DNA of 64,000 bases. Origin: Lepidodermella squamata (lineage: Eukaryota; Animalia; Gastrotricha). The stretch covers positions 1,443,572 to 1,507,571 of the forward strand of contig JBLDXI010000030.1 in assembly GCA_047495785.1 (NCBI GenBank), written 5' to 3'. The translations under genes and the position numbers were made by a program. This document shows positions 57,934-64,000 of this stretch, one piece after another. Under the pieces are notes generated by a model. It had not been told where the DNA came from, ran no database searches, and saw only the letters and a program-made list of their open reading frames with translations. The stretch's first letter is position 1. Each line of letters opens with the position of its first letter.

Positions 57934-59103
57934 ATGTCAGAATTCAGCAATGACACGGATTTTCTCTTTGGCGACCATCCAATCGCTCCCCCTCCACGAC
58001 CGGAGCACTTTACACCATTCGTCACCGTGTTTCTCTACATCCTCATGATCCTCATCCTCACATTCATGCTGCCTTACTTCATCTACGCAACGCTTTATCT
58101 GATTTTCAAAGATAAAGAAGGGCTGTATGACACGATCAGCTCGCACTGTGCTGATCCGAAACGAGCTGGTCATCGGTTCTTGCTAACCCTGACATGTATT
58201 ATCGGAAGCAGTTCAGCAGCTCTCTACATAAGCCAATACAATTCCTATACTCAAAACGTGGACGATACTGAGCGGGTTTTGTTCTGGCTCGATTTGATTT
58301 CAGTCCTATGTCTACCTCTAATCGGGATTTTCCACACTGATGGGGGTGGTAAGATCGCATTTTGCAACTTCTATTGCTTCAAAATCCCGATCGCCATAAG
58401 CAATGCCTTTCATTTGATCGGAACTTTCGCCTTCATGACCATCAACACTGCGACAAACATTCGCTGGACGCTGAGCCTGGATGAGAACATGCAACACAGG
58501 ACGCTGTTTAATATCTTATGCTGGACTACAGTCACATTCGTCTGCCTATTCCTACTGTCGCAAATGTTGATCAAAGGCGTGTTGAAGCGTTTCACGCATC
58601 GAAGATACGACTCTAAGATCTTCGATCTATTTTTCACTGAAATCCCATACATGCCGCCTAAATCTGCGACAATCGCCACTCAAACCGAGTTCGACCCTGC
58701 TTTTTCAAACCCGGTTGGCGGAAGTATTTCAAATCTGGACATCGACCTATCGAATGACATAAAACTAGTTGTTATGTCTGAGGAGGATGATGAAGTAATG
58801 CATATAGTTCATAAAATGTCGGACGAAGATGAGATGGTTGAGGTTGGCAAGTCGTGTTGTAGTAAGAAGCCTGTCGCAAAACCTCGGCCTAAATTTGCGA
58901 TACGATGGCAATGGCGTCTTGCCAGTTTCTTCTTCGAAACAATGACCATTGTTTCGGTGCTCATCACAGCGACAATGGAGTCAATTTGCCGCAATGACGA
59001 GGTGCAATTCACTGCGGACTGCGTTATGGGTGGCAATTGCCAGTTCTCTACAAATGTAACCAGTAACAGTACCTATATAGATTACTGCACATTTGTTGCT
59101 TGA
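57934..59103 (+). CDS. Mirror copy of the six-TM membrane protein
   Basis: Translation identical to 54596-55765. Confidence 0.65.
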   Translation: MSEFSNDTDFLFGDHPIAPPPRPEHFTPFVTVFLYILMILILTFMLPYFIYATLYLIFKDKEGLYDTISSHCADPKRAGHRFLLTLTCIIGSSSAALYISQYNSYTQNVDDTERVLFWLDLISVLCLPLIGIFHTDGGGKIAFCNFYCFKIPIAISNAFHLIGTFAFMTINTATNIRWTLSLDENMQHRTLFNILCWTTVTFVCLFLLSQMLIKGVLKRFTHRRYDSKIFDLFFTEIPYMPPKSATIATQTEFDPAFSNPVGGSISNLDIDLSNDIKLVVMSEEDDEVMHIVHKMSDEDEMVEVGKSCCSKKPVAKPRPKFAIRWQWRLASFFFETMTIVSVLITATMESICRNDEVQFTADCVMGGNCQFSTNVTSNSTYIDYCTFVA

Positions 59104-59115
59104 GTAATATTTTTA

Positions 59116-59986
59116 TTATTTTTTGAACAATTTCTCGAATAAACTAGACCGCCGTTTTTGACCGGAAGAGCTTGATGTCGTTGATATTGATGAAGTGGGA
59201 CGTTGGACTACAACGTGGTCACTTTCATAGGATAAAGAGGGAATCTATAGAACAAAATACAAGGTTATCCTAGATTTAAGGAGGAATTTTCGCAAAAATA
59301 CCTGAATTAAAGGTTTGACCAGAGCTTCGTAATCGTTCTCAACTGCCGAAAAATTAGACAGCCTTTGGCTGTTTCGTGACGAACTCCCAGTTGACGAGAC
59401 GATTGATTGCCTTATTACAGGAGGGGCCCTAGTTGCAGGGGGGCTTGTAGACTCTTTTAAGAGGCGAACTCGAAGTGTTAATTTTCCCGAATTTTTCGGC
59501 TCGAGATCGCACTGAAAAAAACCGGAAGTTGTAGCTGATGAGTCACCTGCAAAAAGTGTTCGACTTACCGGGACAGTTGTGACCAGACCGTTTTTGGAGC
59601 AAATATCAGATAAATCTGAAAGAGCTATCGAGCATCTTCCAAGGATCAGTGATTCAGCAAAATTCGAAGTTGAATGAACTTCGATATCGTAAAATCGATT
59701 TTTCCTATAAGACAAGTCAGTTATAGGGGTGATTAACGCTAGTATCTTAGGCTTACCTCACTCGGCTATCAAAGGTTTGACCAAGTTTCCGAGGGAAAGT
59801 TTTATGATCTATCACCAATCCATTGCTGTCACATTGCCGAACTGTGATGCAGAATGTAACTTCCGGGTTGAAATTCGAATAATGGACCACGTCGCATCGA
59901 AGGAACAAATGTTCCCCCAACAACCGATTATCTGCTGGCTTAACTGCCGCCATTGATTTACAAGTGATGAAGTCTTTGTCGGGCAT
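59116..59986 (-). CDS. Mirror copy of the C2-like gene
   Basis: Mirror of 53713-54583. Confidence 0.55.
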
Positions 59987-60390
59987 TTAGTTAATCAAAA
60001 AGTTAAGAGGATATGACTTGCCGGATGAATTATCAACGAGTGAATAACTCCGGCACAGCCATGTATTCGCGTTATTTATGCTTTGAGGCTGATTCAAATT
60101 GCTGCGTTTAGTTTTTTCATGCACAACTCGTCGCTTTTTCATCTTACGCTGCAGCATCGACTCATGTTTCAGTACGCTTTCCCTTTCACGCTCGTGACGT
60201 CGCATATAGCCGTGTACTGAGCGGCTTTATTGTTTCACGAATTTGGCTCAGGCCTACACGTTAACCTGGCGTGAATGATTTATACGCTGCTTGTGTATGA
60301 GTAAGTAATTGCTGCTTAGGCTTGAAACGGAATTAGGCTAAACCAGGAAACGTTGCTCGTTACAAAAAGACAGATTATTGTTATTCCCCT

Positions 60391-60865
60391 TTATTCGTTG
60401 CTCGTTCCTTCCCCTCTATAAATTGTCTCCTTAATTGAACTTAGTTGTTCCGTTGCTACAACACAACTCGGCCCGGGGGAGTTTGTCGTCTCTGTCGGAT
60501 GGGTATCTTCCGTTGTTATTGTTGAAGAAATTGCTGGCAATAAAGGTTGTACTATTGCCACGTTGGCTTCAGTATCCGTCCGTTGTGCCGTAGTTGCCCT
60601 CCTTTGCTCGTCCGCTTGGTTCGACTTCCATATGACCAAGGCTGTAATGCCAATGCATAGAGATACGACAATCAAAGTGCCGCTTATTACAGGGCCTGAG
60701 AATTCCCAGTGTCCTATAAAGTCGGTCTGGAAACGCAAAGAAAATGTGGCTGTTGAGTGATTCATCGCTTGAAATGCTTACGTTTTCAAATTGGTAGAAA
60801 AATGGCCGTTTGTTGGTCGTTGTTTCTGTCGAGTTTGAACTCGAGGATAATGTTGTTTGATTCAT
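60391..60865 (-). CDS. Mirror copy of the small single-pass membrane protein
   Basis: Mirror of 52834-53308. Confidence 0.55.
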
Positions 60866-62352
60866 GTTTCCCAATAGTATTTCTCGTAAGGCGTAAAAGC
60901 GGCATCTGGTTATACTACCCGTGAAATCGATGTCGACTGCATTCGATTGAATGCGGAATGCTTAATAGCATGGCCGATGCACTGGAAGAATGGCTGAGCG
61001 TCATTCATGCAATCGATTATGATAGATGTTATAGAGAAGAACTGTCGCTCCGATTCAAGATTCAAGACTGAATACAAGTAAATGATTTCATTTAAAATAT
61101 TCAATCGGAAATAATGCTGAAATAACATCTAGCACATATAACAACCACAGCATCAGGGTGCGATCTTCGATGCCCGAGCTCCTGGGGATGGAAAAAAAAT
61201 TTTTGCTTTATTTGCCAAAATGACGAGTCATTTCGGCTAATAACCGAGCGAAGCGAGAAAATTTTGGATATTTTCCACTAAATATACGCTAAATTTACCG
61301 GGAATTTTTTCAGAATTATTGTGGTCAATGTTGAATTTTTTACCGAAAAACATTCATCGGCCAGAAATTTGATGAGCTGCGACCTGAAAGCTGGACCTCT
61401 ATGCCCTATTTTTCCTGTCGAGATAGAAGGACACGTCATTTGAGATGAATGAGGTTGAGCTAGCCATCCGGCATCACTTGTCAGTTGCTTTCATTTTGCT
61501 GCACTTCTTCAAGTACTCTTGACAAGTGAAAAACTGGCCAAGCGACTAATGGAGCACAAACTCACGATGAATCATTCCGGCACACATAAAAGTACTACAG
61601 TAATGCCAGATCTCTTTTATTTATTTATTTATGACTCGGATAGAAAACCAGCACGCGACGGTTCATTCATTTTTTTTACACATTATAGCACTTAAGAGTA
61701 TTTTTTACTGAACTTCATATTAAATATTAATGCGATGTGGCCAAGTATCTGCATAGAATTTCCTGTAGATAGTTGTTTGCTATTACTCTACTGAAAAATC
61801 ATCTCGTGTTTGCCTTGGACAATAGGAAAAACCTCTCAATTGCTGTTCGATTTCTCTATAACAATACTGAAGCATTGAAAAACTATAGGAACATTTTCGA
61901 CGGAATCCAAAAATTCGAAAATTTCTCAAGGACGAAAATCTCGCTTTTAAAATTTGGGTGTGCTTTTAAAATTTGCTATTTACGAAAATACCTTGAAGTC
62001 CTCATCAAAGTTCTATCTATCGATTTATTTATTCGAAAAAAAACAAAGCTTTGGGTGTAGTGTTTACATTAGACAAATATACTATTTTACAATAGCAGAA
62101 TGTTTATCGCGTTTGAAATTTCACCAAGGCTCAACAAATGTAAGCATTAATCTTCAATTTCAGTGGCCATATTCTGACGCACGTCATTCGCGACCTGAGA
62201 TCGCTATCTAGATAATTAAAATTCGTGAGTTCAGCCTAGCTCCTTATAACGCTGTATTATAGATAGCGATCTTTCGGTAAAATCTCGTTTGCGCCAATGA
62301 TAATTTAACACGCACAACTCATAAAATATTGAATAGGCGATTTTTTTCAAAA

Positions 62353-63237
62353 ATGCCGCCTGTGCGCCACAGTGGTGGCAAGCCAACTCGTAGTGTTTTT
62401 CTCTCACCACCGCCATCACACTGCTGCTACTCCGACAAAGCGCCGGGTATAAAAATGGCCGACGGCTGCGAAATCGCAACCATCACCGCTTTCGAGTCGA
62501 AAATGGCTGAAGAACCTAAACCACAACGAAAGCAACAACGGCAAAATCCTGTCGAGCTCTTCTTCATCAACTACTTCAGGAAACTTGTTGGGAAGCCTCA
62601 GCTGAAGCCTGGCGAACCGGTGAATCAAGCCATTCCTTTGGTCACCCCTGGAACGTCTCGAGCTCCCGCGAAACCACCGGCGAAAAAATGCGAATGCTGC
62701 AGCTCAGAGGAAGCGAAGAACCTGTTCCTCCACGCCCTAGCTTCTTTCCTAATCTCCTTCATCGGAATGCTAGTTGTCGCGTTGTTCCAATACGAGTTGA
62801 TCTACAAGTACTACGACCCGAAGGCGCATGATAACTTGCCGCTAGCATTTGTTGCCTTCTCATTCGGAGCGACTTCAGTCCTAACCTACGACGCTTACGA
62901 CTCTCCCTTGGCTCAACCGAGAAACGTTGTAGGCGGGCATGTTATCAGCGCGATACTCGGTATATGCGTCCGATTGGCGCTCTACGACTACCCGTTAGTC
63001 GCCACCCCGTTATCAGTGGCTTTAGCTGTTGCTGCGATGCGGCTTACTGGTACGACGCATCCCCCGGGTGGCGCGACCGCCCTTGTCGGGGCAACTTTCA
63101 GCCCGATACCTCGAGACGGCACTGCTTTCATCTTCGTAGTCCTCCCTATCGCTTGCGGTGCCATTGTTATGGTCATTGTCGCGTGGATTTTCAATAATTT
63201 AGTAATGAAGAGGACTTATCCAAAAACGTGGTGGTGA
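62353..63237 (+). CDS. Mirror copy of the HPP-family protein
   Basis: Translation identical to 50462-51346. Confidence 0.9.
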   Translation: MPPVRHSGGKPTRSVFLSPPPSHCCYSDKAPGIKMADGCEIATITAFESKMAEEPKPQRKQQRQNPVELFFINYFRKLVGKPQLKPGEPVNQAIPLVTPGTSRAPAKPPAKKCECCSSEEAKNLFLHALASFLISFIGMLVVALFQYELIYKYYDPKAHDNLPLAFVAFSFGATSVLTYDAYDSPLAQPRNVVGGHVISAILGICVRLALYDYPLVATPLSVALAVAAMRLTGTTHPPGGATALVGATFSPIPRDGTAFIFVVLPIACGAIVMVIVAWIFNNLVMKRTYPKTWW

Positions 63238-63510
63238 TTCATTGTTACAATAACGAGCCAATTCCAGTGCTTTCATGCGTGCCGGGCATTGTATGTTGTA
63301 TGTTACGAGTGCTGTGCTTAACTGAGAACAAAGAGGTCATAAACAAGCTGTTGAATAAAGTATTTTTACTCTACGTTTATTTGTTGACATGTGTGCTGTT
63401 TGAAAGAAGACACGCTTCTTCTTTGTTCTTTGCCAAAAATTACTGTAACGAGCAAAAAATAAACGCATAACAGAACAGGAAGGTTACAGCTCGGATATAT
63501 GGTTCAAATA

Positions 63511-63835
63511 TCAAGCTTGATCACTGATCAAAATCTCTAACAAAAACCAGATAAATGCGAGTATGAGCGCTGAAACAGCAGAATTCGCCTTTGGGGAGCT
63601 GTTGCAACAATCTCGATCGTTGCATTTGCAATCGAGGATCGGGATGGTTACAGTGGCCCGCGTCTTACACCCGTTATAAGCCTCAGGTGTGACTGGCATG
63701 CATTCCTTCTCGACTATGGTGATACCATGAAATGTTCCTGTCAATAGAACAACGAAATAAGATCCTCGAGTTTGGATACGTGGTTGCTTTCCCTGCACTA
63801 CGAAAGCAGCCTTGAATAACTCGATTTTCTTTTGC
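63511..63835 (-). CDS. Mirror copy of the Ly6/three-finger 3' exons
   Basis: Mirror of 49864-50188. Confidence 0.6.
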
Positions 63836-64000
63836 CTAAAAGGACATACACAACTTAAATTTCCTCAGGTACTTTATTTAATAGATACCTAGTCGCTCAC
63901 ATTAAATAAATTATACCAACCATGGGGCACTGGCGCCACGTGAGTGATTGAAAGCTTAGTGATAAAAATGACTGAAAATTAGAAATTGGGATGAACATTT

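Larger units (their letters stand above)
57191..64000 (-). repeat. Right arm of giant inverted duplication (runs off the window end)
   Basis: Reverse complement of 49699-56508 with constant offset. Confidence 0.97.

Overview
Gene-dense, AT-rich eukaryotic DNA, almost certainly from an invertebrate animal: short canonical GT-AG introns (many 42-58 bp), Cys-loop channels, GPCRs, sushi, PAN and Ly6 domains. The taxon cannot be fixed from the sequence. Positions 1-49.7 kb hold an ankyrin gene and a mostly secreted/membrane cluster: four divergent pentameric ligand-gated ion channel (pLGIC) subunits with very short M3-M4 loops, two GABA-B-like class C GPCRs, one class A GPCR, mucin-tailed secreted proteins, and a PAN, a CCP and two EB-type Cys-rich proteins. 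Interleaved with these are three SABATH (Methyltransf_7, plant-type) methyltransferases: one intronless, one with a 951-bp intron, and one with degenerate SAM motifs. An intronless HPP-family transporter follows. Several non-autonomous DNA transposons are present: a Mutator-like foldback element that duplicated a splice donor, an internally deleted Ginger2/TDD-like element, and MITEs. The stretch ~17.7-29 kb lacks credible host ORFs but has exon-like segments pointing both ways. The last 14.3 kb is a giant inverted duplication: arms 49699-56508 and 57191-64000 (position x pairs with 113699-x) around a 682-bp spacer with a fold-back microhomology junction. This may be real palindromic amplification or a whole-genome-amplification/assembly chimera. 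Family calls come from motif recognition by eye; no searches were run.
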